From Trichosphaerium sp. ATCC 40318 (Eukaryota; Protista; Tubulinea): a stretch of 64,000 bases of DNA. Location: positions 1 to 64,000 of the forward strand of contig JALMLS010000641.1 of NCBI GenBank assembly GCA_038496445.1, written 5' to 3'. Below, piece after piece: positions 51,732-64,000 of the stretch. Both the position numbers and the translations under genes were made by a program. The notes below the pieces were generated by a model, which worked only from the letters and a program-made list of their open reading frames with translations, ran no database searches and was not told the origin of the DNA. Each line of letters starts with the position of its first letter. Positions within the stretch are counted from its first letter, which is position 1.

Positions 51732-54463
51732 ATGGCACAGGGACGACGACCTTCTATTAGGTTCTACGATGCGTCACAGTACAAATTACAGTCGTTACCA
51801 CACGACGTTTGCGTTTTTGCTTCTTCAAGGTGCGTAATTGATACTGACTGTGGTAATACAGAAAAAGTAGCAGTTGAGTTAGCCCTAAACTTTTTTGACG
51901 ATTTATTTTTTTTGTACAGCCAGAATCGTTCTCTGACGGCCAGCATGGGATATATTGATACAGTACCTTACGTAGAGCCCGGCGAGGTTATCTTTCGGCA
52001 AACAAGATTGTATGTCTAACAAATAGCTTTAAAATAGTCAAAGTAATCAACTGCAGAGGTTTTGTTGGATTTATTTGTGTTGGAAGTCCAAGTAATCTTG
52101 CAAGGGCTGTTTGGAAAGCTCTTTGTGGTGCACAAGACCATAGGAAGCAATCAGTACTTTTCGATGTACCCTCACAAGGTAACAACCTTTAGAAAAAAGA
52201 CAACGAAAATGTTTAATGCAATCAAACATTTTTGTTTTGATCACGTGATTACTGATTTTATCTTTTTTAATAAGAAATGACACAAATACATGCACAAAAG
52301 GTTGCAGATGTCTTGAATAACACTATCACGCAGTTTGCAAAGCGTAATTTAATGATAAAAACGATTACTCTGCGCATCAATTCACCAAGAGAATTCAAAA
52401 TTTTCCAAAATACATTGGGTATTCAACGAAGGGAGTACCGGCAAGATATGAATTCTGAATATCACCTTCGAGCTCGCAGTGTGCAACTTAATCCAGGATA
52501 TCCACAAGAAACACCTGATCGAAATGGCCGTATAGCTGTGTCCCGTCAGCTAGGCGAATACGACTACGGACAGCATTTCAGAGGAGACGGGAGTTACTCT
52601 CAGATGTCTCCTCGTAAGAAGCAACTAAATCATTACGAGTCTGATCAAGACCCTTATGCACGTGTACCTATTCCTTCAGGAACTCCCAGAGATTATACGG
52701 ACCGTGAAAGAAGTATCGAAAGAAACTACGCATCCCAAACACAACCAGAAGAACCTTCTATTCTTGCTTACACAGAAAATGAATACGATGAAACTAATCG
52801 TGAATCCTATGATCCTTGCGCGGATCAGACGTACCCCAATTTCGATGTAAACGCTGAAGCAGAAGAGGTAGCCAAAAACCTAATCTCTGTTTTTACTGGC
52901 AAAGGGAAAAAGAAGTTGACAAAGATTAAACGGTAATAATTGTTTTTTGTAAACGTTTTTTCACATTATTTTTAGAGAACATCCTGATGTAAAACAAATG
53001 GCATTATTTAGACGTCTAGCATCTACGTTTGGCCAGGTGCGATTCTTCTTTTTTTCAGCATCAAGTTTCTTCATGTCACCTAGTAAACATTTTTATTAAC
53101 TAACACGTTTTTTTTTACTGAAAACAGCCAAATCACCCTACATCAACAAGGAATACAAGAGCTTTTATGAATGATGTATCAGATGAAGTCTACGAGAGAA
53201 TAGTACGATATTATCTCTTATGTGTTTCATACACCTACTATTACGTATTTAATGAATCTGTCTAGATTGCAGCACATATTAAAGAATGTGAAGCAGACTT
53301 AAAGGAAAAGATAAAAGAAAGTAAATTTAAAAAAACCAAAGCAACTGTTAAATACGCTGCACGTGATTTGTACTTTGAAGCGAACTTTTGTGAAGAAGTG
53401 ATATATGCAACTATAGTAAACGAGTGTTCAAGACGCAGTTTGCATAGTAGCTCTTATGCAAAGCAGATGAAAATGGAATATTGCACTAAATACAAGGTAC
53501 CAAAATTACAAACAGAACTTGATGAATTGAACGAAAAATACAAACTGCTGGATTCTACATGTGAAAGATTGAGATCGGAAAAAGAGAACCTGGTAAAAGA
53601 GGCTCGAGAGAAAACAGCCAAAAAGAATGCTGCAATTAAACAGTGCAAAAGAGTTGAACAACAACTGGACAAAGCTATGCTTGACATCGAAAAGTTGGAA
53701 GACGACCTTGAGGTTAGTGAAGAGAGAGAACATAACCATGCAAACCAAATTGCACTATTAAGGAGCCAACAAACAGCAACATTCAAAGATTTGGAGTATT
53801 ACAAAAGTGAGTCAGTAACCTTAAAAAGACATAGCGATGCCTTGACAGTACGCACTTTATTTTTTATCTTTATTGAAACCGGAACTCTAGAGCGAACTCC
53901 ACACCACCAAAATAGCTTTGAAAGACTTAAAAGTAGAATTTGGTATTGCGATTGATGAATTAGATGACCTTAAGAGAGAAAGGGATAAACTCAATGTATG
54001 TATCTCAAAATTATTGAGAAAAGAAAAAAAAACTTCGACCTTAAATTTCTGTTTTAGAAGGACTTGCGGGATAGTACAGAAAAAGCACGAAGACTACAAA
54101 GGGAAAACAAAGAGTTGAATAATACGCTTGTACGTTGTAGTAAGTAACCTTGTCCTTAATAGTCGTATATAACAGAGGAGAACAAGCGCTACGAGCAGTG
54201 AAAATCTACAGCTTGAATATAAAAAATTGGTTGCTATGCTTAATGGCAAAGACGCACTAATACAGGAGATGTCATCAATAATTGGAGACAAAGATCTACA
54301 CATTGAGCGCTTACAGAATCAAGATAAGGCACGTGATTTTCATTGAAAGGATCACTCACGTTTTAACTCGTTTTTCAAAGGTATCATCAAAAACTATAAA
54401 AGATTTGAGAACAGAGGTTTTAGGACTTCAACATCAAGTTGACAGCAGTCACCGGACTGTCTA
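51732..54463 (+). CDS. Hypothetical coiled-coil protein (multi-exon; GC-AG intron 54329-54380)
   Basis: ORFs 51732, 52277 and 53368 linked by canonical introns; heptad-rich EL/KL C-terminal half. Confidence 0.55.
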
Positions 54464-54757
54464 GTCACTTCAATTACAATCGTGGACTCTCGAAGAATCC
54501 CTCAGTGTCCGCTACATTACTGTTGTTCTTATTTAGTGGGTTAAACTATTGCTATGCATGTAAAACTATTCACGCATCCTCCTTGTAGAAATTAAATCCT
54601 GGAACGATTTTCCTATTTGAGCATCCAAGATTTTTTTTTGACATTCAATTATCTAAATTTGGTTTATACTGTGCAATAGCAGTGTGAGCACTTTGGTTGT
54701 GTACTTGCACTCAAGGAGCAGCAATATCTGCTACATTACAAGCGCAAAACTCACCGT

Positions 54758-57700
54758 ATGAGCCAAAACACCACAGGAGGCGAGGGAAGTAGTGACTTGC
54801 ACGGTACGTAGTGATTGCAGAGTAATCGAAAACGATCGGACTTGCTTGACATGTACCTTATCTTATACGCTTCGATATAGCCTCGGAAGAATCCTCAAGC
54901 GAAGAATACGTTCCTCGCTTTGCCGTATTCAATCCAAATCAATTTGACTCAGATTACGTTGCAAGTGAAAGCAGTGACAGCGATACGCCAGATATGTTCT
55001 TTGGAGATAGCAAGTCCAAAAGAAACGTAAATTTGGGAGGTCGCTCTCAAAAAGCGCAGAGCAAGCGTACATCGATTGTGAAGTTACAAAAAAGCCGCCA
55101 GGACCGTGAAGAACAGCGGTTAAACGAATCAGCTGCTATTGTCCTTCAAATAAGGTTTTACGCCGTTTTTATGTGTATCTAACATAAAGAATAGGTGGAG
55201 AGCGTATTCTTTGGCTAAAAAAACTCGAGCTAAACAACAAGAGCAAGCTGGCGCTCAAATAGACCAATTTTCAACAGGTATGTTTAACTGCCAATGCCCC
55301 GCTAAATATTTGTCCGCAATTACAATCTTACATGTCGTAGCACCTACTGCAGATGCGTTATACGCGGCTATACGTGGGTATCTATTGACTGCGCCATTGG
55401 ACGACACTACATTCTTCAAGCTTTGCAAATTTGTATTACGGAGCCTTAAGCAGAGCAAATCCGAGCTCAACATCATCCAATACGCTTCATCTGTACGTTA
55501 ACTATTCTTGTGGTATTGTTTAATCTTGTTGGCAGCAAGAAACAAAGGCAGGATTTATTCTGAATATGAGGCGACTAATTCGGTATTCTTTACCACATTT
55601 GGTAAGTCGCTGCTTTTGTCTTAATTTGACATTGTGTAGCAAGGAAATGACTTAAAAAAAATGGCTGTTCCTTTGCGTGTATTATTATCACTAACTGATA
55701 CTTCATTCTGGGCTAGTACTACAGCGCCTGCAAATGTTCAAAAGTTAGTTCCTTTACAATTAGCAAGGTTAGTTGAAAATACCCAAGTTGAACTATTATT
55801 TGTTTCTGACGTGCATAGGTACTTGGTCGAAAATAGACCCTTTGCACCTATTTATAAGATGTTTGTTCTCTCGCATACATCAACTACGAAAAAAAATGAA
55901 GACACGTCAAGCATGGGTGCAATGACGAGCGTTGTATGTTACTCCTTCTTTTTTTTGAATTACAAAAGTTGTTTACATTCATTAACTGATATTAGTTGTG
56001 CAATTTGATCAATAGCTACAGTAGACTACTTCCGAGTGATCAAGTGTTTCTGGGATTTCAAATAGTTGTAGAACTTCTTCATGTGCCATCTTTGTCTTCC
56101 AGACTACCTCCTGTTTCCCAAAACCTGCTTTTTGTTCGATCTTCAGAGAATTTACTAAAACTTGCACTCCCTTGTATTGGTATGTACTGATATTACACTT
56201 ATACAAGCTAACAAAACTCGTCTTAGATTCCGTTAATTTTCCGCCAAAATCATTCGCTGCACCAGATAACGGAGTTGGCACGTGATAAAATATGCATCTG
56301 TTAAGGGTTTATTAACAAGATAATAGAACATGAAGAGGATGATGTAGATGAAGAAGCCACATCAGCTGTGCTATTAATGCTAGAAAATCTAATGGAGATA
56401 CTTCTTGAAACAAAGATATCCGAAAAGGTTAGTACTACACATGTGTAGCTATCTTCGTTAATTTCTGTTTTTCTTAAATTTTTCTTAGGCTGCTACAGAT
56501 ATTTCTCGTTGTCTTGTTGTTTTGTTAAAGCATCTCGACAAAGCTCCTTTAGATTCCAAAAACGCTGTCCAAAAACTACGTTACTTCACACGTGTAGAGG
56601 CGTATAATAGTGTGTTTAAATACTTGCTTAATCCAGGTGATTCAAGTCCAGAAGAATTAACACAATCAATACACTTGGGATGCTCGCTCTATGGTACCAA
56701 AAATTGTAACATCCTTTTGCTAATGCCGGACTAGTACATCTACTTGGAAAGTTTCCAGATCTTGCTGTTTCTCTATTGAACTTGCTGTCCTTTACGAGGT
56801 AACAGACAAATGTGGGTTTTTTAAAGTTATTAATTCTGTTCTTAGACGAAATATTCTTTTGATATGTCTATGGAACTGGCTCAAAACAAACGGTGGTTTT
56901 GAGGTCATGGAGAATCGGAGTACAAATCCACATTCCTTTTTTTGATGATTTCTCATTTTATTTTGTTAGGAGTTAGTGAAAAGTACACTAAAGTTGTAGA
57001 AATTGTAACACTATTTGTTGTTTGCTATGGGCATTTGCTTATTGGTACTAATTTAGTTTACAAGCCTGCCATATCTTACAGTTCTTAGTTTTGAACGATG
57101 ATGAATTTTATGAGACTAAGAGACCTCTGCACACCGTACGAGGGTTATGTGGTTACGTTCATAAGCTAATATTTATACTCTAGGATGAAGTAAGTAGATT
57201 GGTATCAATGCTAAAAGAGTGGATCTTCTCGTTGTATATTGAAAATGATCACACTAAAATCACTGAACCAGAAAAAGTTCTAAGGTACAAGCAGTAAATG
57301 AATGTTCTAATTCTAATGTTCCTTTTTCAGAGGTATTTCTAATCGTGTTTTGGTTCAATTACACGATCGTTTTGTTAGACGCAAGTTTGGTGATGCTTCT
57401 ATGTGGAAACTTTTACAAGTTCAGAATATGAACTTGATAGAGTAAGTTAATCATGAATGAATAAGGGATTCGTCTAATGTTTTCTTCAACATTAGGTTAA
57501 GTAGGGTGTTTACAGGAGAGGCAGTGCCTAGTTTATTAACATATATACCATTCTGTTTCCCCTTTACTGATCGTTACAACTACTTTCGTAATCTAATACT
57601 ACAAGATATCTCTTCCTCAACGTACTGATTTTGTCTTTCAACAATCTAACACTTGGTTAGGGTACATAGTATACAATGGCCAGTAGTCCAAATAAGAAGA

Positions 57701-59147
57701 AAAATGATAGTAAGAGACGGATTTGAAGCTTTTGGTAATGCTGGGAGTAACATGTTGAAAGGAAAGCTAAGGTATTGATTATCAAAGTTTGTAAACCACT
57801 TTTTCTGACTTTTGTACTCAGAATTTCTTTCATCAACGAGTATGGCGTGGCTGAAATTGGTTATGATATGGGTGGATTATTTAAAGAGTTTGTAACAGAG
57901 CTTGTAAGAACAGCATTCGCTCCAGAGTTTGGTATGCCACCGAGAAACAAACTTTTAGCATGTGTTTTAAATTAACTTTATACTTTAGGGCTTTTCTGTC
58001 GTAACACAGATGGTGACTTATACCCAAGCCCTATATCACATAAAGTAGAAAACCATCTTGAATTGTTTACCTTCTTGGGTTCAATTGTTGGTAAAGCTTT
58101 ATTCGATGGTACCGTGTTTTAATACGACGATTTTTGTTTTTTGTTTGGTATTTATTTTCCATGTTAGGTATTGTTGTAGATCTCCCTTTTGCTAGCTTCT
58201 TTTTAAATAGAATGCTCGGGAAAAGAAACTCAATAGACTTGCTTAAGTCTCTTGATCCACAGTTATACAAGAACTTAATGTTTGTCAGAGATACAGATGA
58301 TGTCAAAGCATTGATGCTCACTTTTTCTATGGCTTCAGATAGCGATGAGTTCCAAGGACGAAAGGAGATGGACCTTATACCTGGAGGCTCTCAAATTGAA
58401 GTTACTAAGGATAACCGCATTGAGTATATTCATCTTGTAGCAGACTTTAAACTAAGCAAAGAAATCAAAAAACAGACAAGAGCATTCCTTGCAGGTACCT
58501 TCTTTTTTCTACATCTCCTGTACTGCAAGTCACAATATATGTTAATACTCCATATAGGCTTCCGTAAGATTGTTCAAGTCAATTGGTTGATGCTGTTTTC
58601 TCAGCATGAGATGCAGATACTCATATCTGGAGATAACGTTGATATTGACATTGAAGATCTTAAAGCAAATACTCAGTACGATTTGAATTCATGTTATTGT
58701 TGGTTTTAGTCACAACCCACTCTTATTGTTTCCCTTCTATAGGTACAAAGGATACACAGCAAGATCGTGGACAGTAAAAAACTTCTGGAGCGTGTTAACT
58801 TCGTTTTCAAAGGAAGAAAAACGGAAGTTTCTGAAGTTTGTCACTTCATGTTCAAAGCCTCCAATGCTGGGTACTTGTTTCGGGTTTTTTTTGAAGACAT
58901 ATGTCTACTCACACCGTTATGTCTAGGATTCAAGAATCTATTGCCTCCTTTTACAATACAAAAACTTGAAAATGGAGCGAACACAGGTGTATCATTTTTT
59001 GGCATTGGTGTTAACGAACCGTCAAGATTGCCTTCTTCTCACACGTGTTTTAATACTTTGGATCTACCTCCTTATCGTAAGCAATCTACACTACGTGATA
59101 AATTGCTATATGCTATAAATGCTCAAGCAGGTTTCGATAATTCTTAA
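54758..59147 (+). CDS. UBE3C: IQ-HECT E3 ubiquitin ligase, UBE3B/UBE3C family (second possible start at 54994)
   Basis: MFFGDSKSKRNVNLGG...AAIVLQ..WRAY; ISFINEYGVAEIGYDMGGLFKEF; LKSLDPQLYKNL; RLPSSHTCFNTLDLPPY...LRDKLLYAI (catalytic Cys present). Confidence 0.88.
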
Positions 59148-59714
59148 TGACAGATAAAGGTTGTCTAAGTTGTACTTGTAAAAAAAAAAATACTTTCAGA
59201 AAAAAAACCAAAAGCTTTCATGAAAGGGGTGGTATAAACCTTGCTCTTAATCATGCTTACCTTGCGTAACCAGTGATAACTGGGTATGAGTTATTATCAA
59301 AATGTGACATAAACTATGGATACAACGCAGTATTGAAGGATTTTTTTGGAAAGTTTTCTTTTTTTTGCCAAATCGAAAATTAAGTCTGTTTTCGCTCATC
59401 CTAAAACAACCATTCTGCACTTCAAATCAGACAACACGGTACGTAAAAGTGTTATCGTTTATTTTAAAGAGCAAGCCATACAGCGTGAAAAGAACGCTAA
59501 AGGTAGCGCTATTTATCAGTGTACTAACACTTTACGCACTTTAGAACGCTTAATAAACGTACTGAATACGTTACTACTACCAATTAATTGTCGTTGACAG
59601 GAAAACCGCTAGTTAATCACATTCCAAGTACGATAAGCGTTATCAGTATACTAGCTATTAATCCGCTTTATTAGATCAAATTTAAAATAAGTGCAACCCT
59701 CACTGTTAGGCAAT

Positions 59715-62700
59715 ATGAGCCAACAGAACCAAACAACGCCTAAAAACAATCGTAACACTGCTTGTAATGCTTTTGAACCTCAATTATGGCGAAGAAATAA
59801 ATGCAAACATTGTTTTGTTTCAAAGACGCTTCATATAACTACGTACGTGTACTTACATACGTATACTCATTTATAAAGGTGTCAAAAAAAGGCCTCGTTC
59901 CTAATATTACTTTTTTGCTTTAGATCTGAAAACGAAACAACGTCCACAGGCAAAGACACATCTACAGAGCCCAATCTAGCACAATTAATTTTTAGTGATC
60001 ATCGCGAACCGCCGGATGGCGAATTAAAAGGCCCAAGGTCTACTACTAGTGCTAACGTGTTGTCTAAAATTAATCTATTCGAAGCTCTTGTACGTTGACA
60101 CGCAAAAAAGATGTCACAATGAAAAACTTTGTTTTTTTTTTGAGAGAATTCGCAAGAAAGTGCTCCGCTTTTACGCAAAGCGGTGTTGTGCTGAAACTCC
60201 TTGAAAAGCAAAAAAATTATCTCGCTTTATTTAATTATCCTCATGCTAATTATTATGCTATAGGTTCCAGAAGAGACTATGGACTCTCCAACAGAAAAAC
60301 GGTTGAAGTACGAGAATTTTATCACGTGTCTTTTTTTGGTTTTTTTTCTTCATTTTTGGGTGTTCTAGAACTATATTTTTTTCTTGCCTCGTTCCTCACT
60401 TTTATATCAGACAACATCAGAGAAATGTCGTTAGTGAAGGTGCATCAGGGTTTGCTGCATTAAAACGACCAAACAAGAAAACACATAGGCATTACGTAAG
60501 CGTTACACCCTTTGTATTTGGGTTTTTTGGACTAATTAGTATTTTTGGAGTACTGCTTATTTTTGGCGTTCTAATGACTCATTGGTAGGTTTCTGAGGTT
60601 ACTGGATTTAATGATAGTTTGGAAGAAGGCTTACGCGCATCTCTAAGGCTAAGCCTTCATCAAATCAAAGAATTACGCGAAGAAGGTGGGAGAAATAGAA
60701 CTACAAGTTTGGCAAGTGATCCAGATGCAGGAGTGAATCCAAATGCTGAAGTTGATGAAGAAGCTGAAGTAAATGATAGTGAAGCTCAGAAGCAAGGTAC
60801 ATTAAACAATGCCATGGAAACATTTCAGCTGTTTGCTTTCGCATCATAATTCGTTCCTTACCTGATGTACAGCTGAAGTGAAAGGTGTTTCAAGCGATGA
60901 AGTCATTTCTGAGATGGATGGTATGATAGCTATGCTTGAAGCAGGTATGTTACTAGAAAGTTACAACACAATTAGAACTAACGTACTTTTAGGTAAATTT
61001 GATGAAGTAGCACAAGGCTTGGACGACTCCACTAGACCTGGTAAGCGCATTATTTATTATTCATCTTAGCACAGATTCTCATACATTTATAGAAGGTGCA
61101 GCAGACAGTAAAAGTCAAAACACAGATGCTGTTACAACAGAAAAAACAGAAGAACCTAAAGACATACTCGAAGAACTAAGCGTAAAGAAATCACTCCCAA
61201 AAGTACCTGAAAAATCACAAAAAACAAACGGGCAACCAGATTTTGTAGTACTAGAGGTACACGTGATACACTAGAGTCAGGGGAAAAGCTTACAATATTT
61301 TTACAGGAAGTACCTGGAGATGCTCCTTCACAAAAATCTCCTCGTGCAAAGAAACCACTTCCTATTCCTAAACGAAACGTTCATGCACTAAGAGTATGTT
61401 TAGTATTTTACAGGCATACCGTTGTCTTATTACTTGAGCCTAGGAGTCAGCCACACGTTCTTCAACATACTCTGGAAGTGCAGCACAAGGTAAACTTTTT
61501 TTGTTCTTTTTTTCCTTTTAACACCTTTGTTGTGTAGTCGTTTCCAAGCCTTCAAAAGCAACAAAGGCGCTTAAACACATGTGGCGCAGATCTAAACTAC
61601 CTCCGAAAGAGGTTGGAAGTAAGCCAATGCTAGCTCCTGGGTACTATAATCGCAACTTGCTATTTGTTGTAATTTTTTTTTACAGACGATCAAACTCGGG
61701 TAGTAAAGGTAACCGGTTTACTATCAACTTTCAAGGAACGCCTCCTTTACAAGCACACAAGGGATTACGTAGGACATAATCACACCAACCATATTTAACA
61801 AGAAAAACAGGGCATGATGACGGGACAGTGTCACAACTTCGGATTCGTGATGTTACAGAAAAGAAGCCTGCTTCGCCTCGTCGCAGTATTTATGTATCAG
61901 CAGATGTACTGATTACTCTTAAATGTTGTTTATGATACTAACTTGATGGATGTTTAGGGTAGTGCAGACAAACCTCAAGAACCAGGTAGTCATTGTACAG
62001 ATCTTTTCTTAAGTTTGCTAATGATTTGTTAAGCGAGCTCAGCACCTAATGTTGACGTTTTTGAGGAAATCAATGATATAGAGGAACAAATGGAGAAAGA
62101 ATTCAAAGCTATTGAACTTGAGAGATTCAAGGTTTATGTTGATAGCAGAGAAGAACCAGCAACACTCGAAGATGCTCTAGAAGAGATTAAAATAGTAAGA
62201 CAATACAAGTCTTTTTTTTTTCTTTTAATTGAATGTTTTTATTTCTTACCACCTTATAAAGCTACGAGCTGGTGCAAAAGATCTGCAACGTGCATTGCAT
62301 AAACAAACAGAAGTCAATACCACATATAACAAAGATTTCGAAGCTGACATGACAAAGTACTTAACTGATAACTGAAATTAACTTCACGGGGTTTTTTACT
62401 TATTTAAATTTGTTATACCACTGTTCTAATGTTTTAATGTAGGTTACGTAGTCAGATGAGTAAATACAGACGTGAAGCAATGGAACTTAAGGTACTGAAA
62501 AAAGGCTGATGAAGCGATATTTGCCTGCTGTTAAGTGTAGACTGTTTTCTCACAATTTTTTCAAAAACAGGCGTACAAGAAGATTGTGCATGGTAAATTA
62601 GCCAGTATGGGTGCTCAAGGTCTTGATATTATTGCCGAAAAGAGTGGTTGGCTTGAAAAGAAGAATGTAAGCAAGAAGCTACAACAATGGAAACGTAGAT

Positions 62701-64000
62701 TCTGCTGCTTGACGCCTGAAACATTATACTACTTCAAGAGCCAAACAGTGAGTGCTGCCTAATTTCTTGATCTTCAAAAAAATGACGTAACACGTGATAA
62801 TAGGAACTTGAACCTCAAGGAAAGATTGACCTACGTACAGCTACATTCAGTAAAACAGATGATTCAGCAAACATCAACAGCATGTACAGTTTTGAGGTAA
62901 GACTTTCAAGTCAAAGATGTTTTTTGTTTAACACTTGATAAAGGTCAATGTCAAGGGACCTCCTGATTACCAAATGTACTTTTTTGCAGATACAGCTGAA
63001 GATAGGAATGAGTGGTTATCTACAGCGAGATACCTAAAGGAACAGATTCAGGTACAAAACACGCATTAAGTAAGTTAATCACTCACTTAACTGTTAGAAT
63101 CCTTTGGCTCGTTGTGGTGTCAGTGATCGTGCAACATTGCTAAGAGTACGTAACTGGTTTGTATGTAAGTAAAAGATACTAAAGACAATCAAAATAGATT
63201 ATAGTGACTCCTCCATATAAACTTATGACTGATTTTGTAACACATACATCACTTCAAGACGGAACAAGTGCGGGTAAATCTGTACTAAATATATTTGATG
63301 CTAGAGGAAAATTATTGGATCTAATGATGGTACTCATATCTCAGGAGATAAATAACACAAGTACGAAGGTTTCTTCTATATATTGAAGCGTTATTTTTGC
63401 TGAGAGTTTTTGGATTGGAGTAATGTATTTACTAGGAACGAATGGAACACTTTTCAGAGGAACAACACTTGTTAGTAAATTCCTTCGTGAGTACTTCAAT
63501 AGAGTTGCATCAAAGTATCTTCGTGGAACATTGTATAGAGTACTTACAGATCTCATTCTTGAAGATAAAAGCATGGAGGCACGAGACTAACTATTTTTGG
63601 GTTTTGTAGTATTTAATAATTCTTGATTCTTGGCATCTTTTCTAAAACACCTTCAAGGTCCGCCCTAATATGATTAAACCTGGTGAAGATTTATCTGCAA
63701 ATGCTTATAATATACAAGAAGCTACACAACGTATACTTAACGCTATTCTATCATCTGTAGACCGCGTGCCTCCGTAAGTCTTTTTTGTTTTGTTACATCA
63801 ATCTTTTCGGTTACTAATATCCAACGCAAAGGGAAATGAAGCATATTTGTTGCCACTTACGTAAATGTGTATTAAAGAAGTTTCCAAAAATGCAACACAC
63901 AAGTATAGGTGGCTTAATATTTTTACGGTACGTACAAGACGACAGGAAGCCAAACTGACTTTTTTCCAAAAAATTATTTGCTCACCTTTTCCTAGTTTTT
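59715..64000 (+). CDS. PH-domain RasGAP with an N-terminal MPRIP-like CxxF...KCxxC..H motif and a coiled coil (3' end outside window)
   Basis: CNAFEPQLWRRNKCKHCFVSKTLH; KSGWLEKK...WKRRFCCLTPETLYYFK (PH); GTLFRG arginine finger; GGLIFLR. Confidence 0.85.

Noticed and set aside
1-64000. Alternative genetic code or stop readthrough to explain the fragmented ORFs
   Set aside because: Fragments join cleanly with GT/GC-AG introns, and TAA, TAG and TGA all end genes
1-64000. U12-type (minor) or AT-AC introns
   Set aside because: No RTATCCTT donor was found at any exon junction I reconstructed

Overview
Gene-dense, AT-rich eukaryotic nuclear DNA with many very short spliceosomal introns (mostly about 25-100 nt; donor consensus GTACGT; frequent AAG acceptors; four GC-AG introns). 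The host is most likely an amoebozoan protist, inferred from an Acanthamoeba-like profilin, an SgcA-like soluble cyclase and a haloarchaeal/opisthokont-type TyrRS. Hand-splicing gives about 27 protein genes. Housekeeping genes include YHM2, a ZnT6-like transporter, profilin, FANCJ/BRIP1, TyrRS, SPT4, PFDN6 and a UBE3C-like HECT ligase. Signalling genes include a soluble cyclase, two 7TM receptors, a NIT-domain sensor and a PH-RasGAP. No tRNA, rRNA, CRISPR array or transposase was recognised. Main leads: (1) four intron-poor F-box + repeat (MORN/LRR) genes, three broken by a single frameshift just after the F-box, while the housekeeping exons I spliced are intact; (2) a chimeric BRCT + PARP-regulatory + ASH2-like winged-helix + PEHE chromatin protein with no PARP catalytic domain; (3) a stand-alone, apparently mitochondrion-targeted PARP zinc-finger gene head-to-head with FANCJ; (4) a TyrRS-EMAP II fusion of the kind usually described for animals; (5) an RBD-like domain on a predicted GTP-specific soluble cyclase; (6) a NIT sensor with no output domain; (7) a candidate structured ncRNA. 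All domain calls come from motif recognition by eye; no database search was run.
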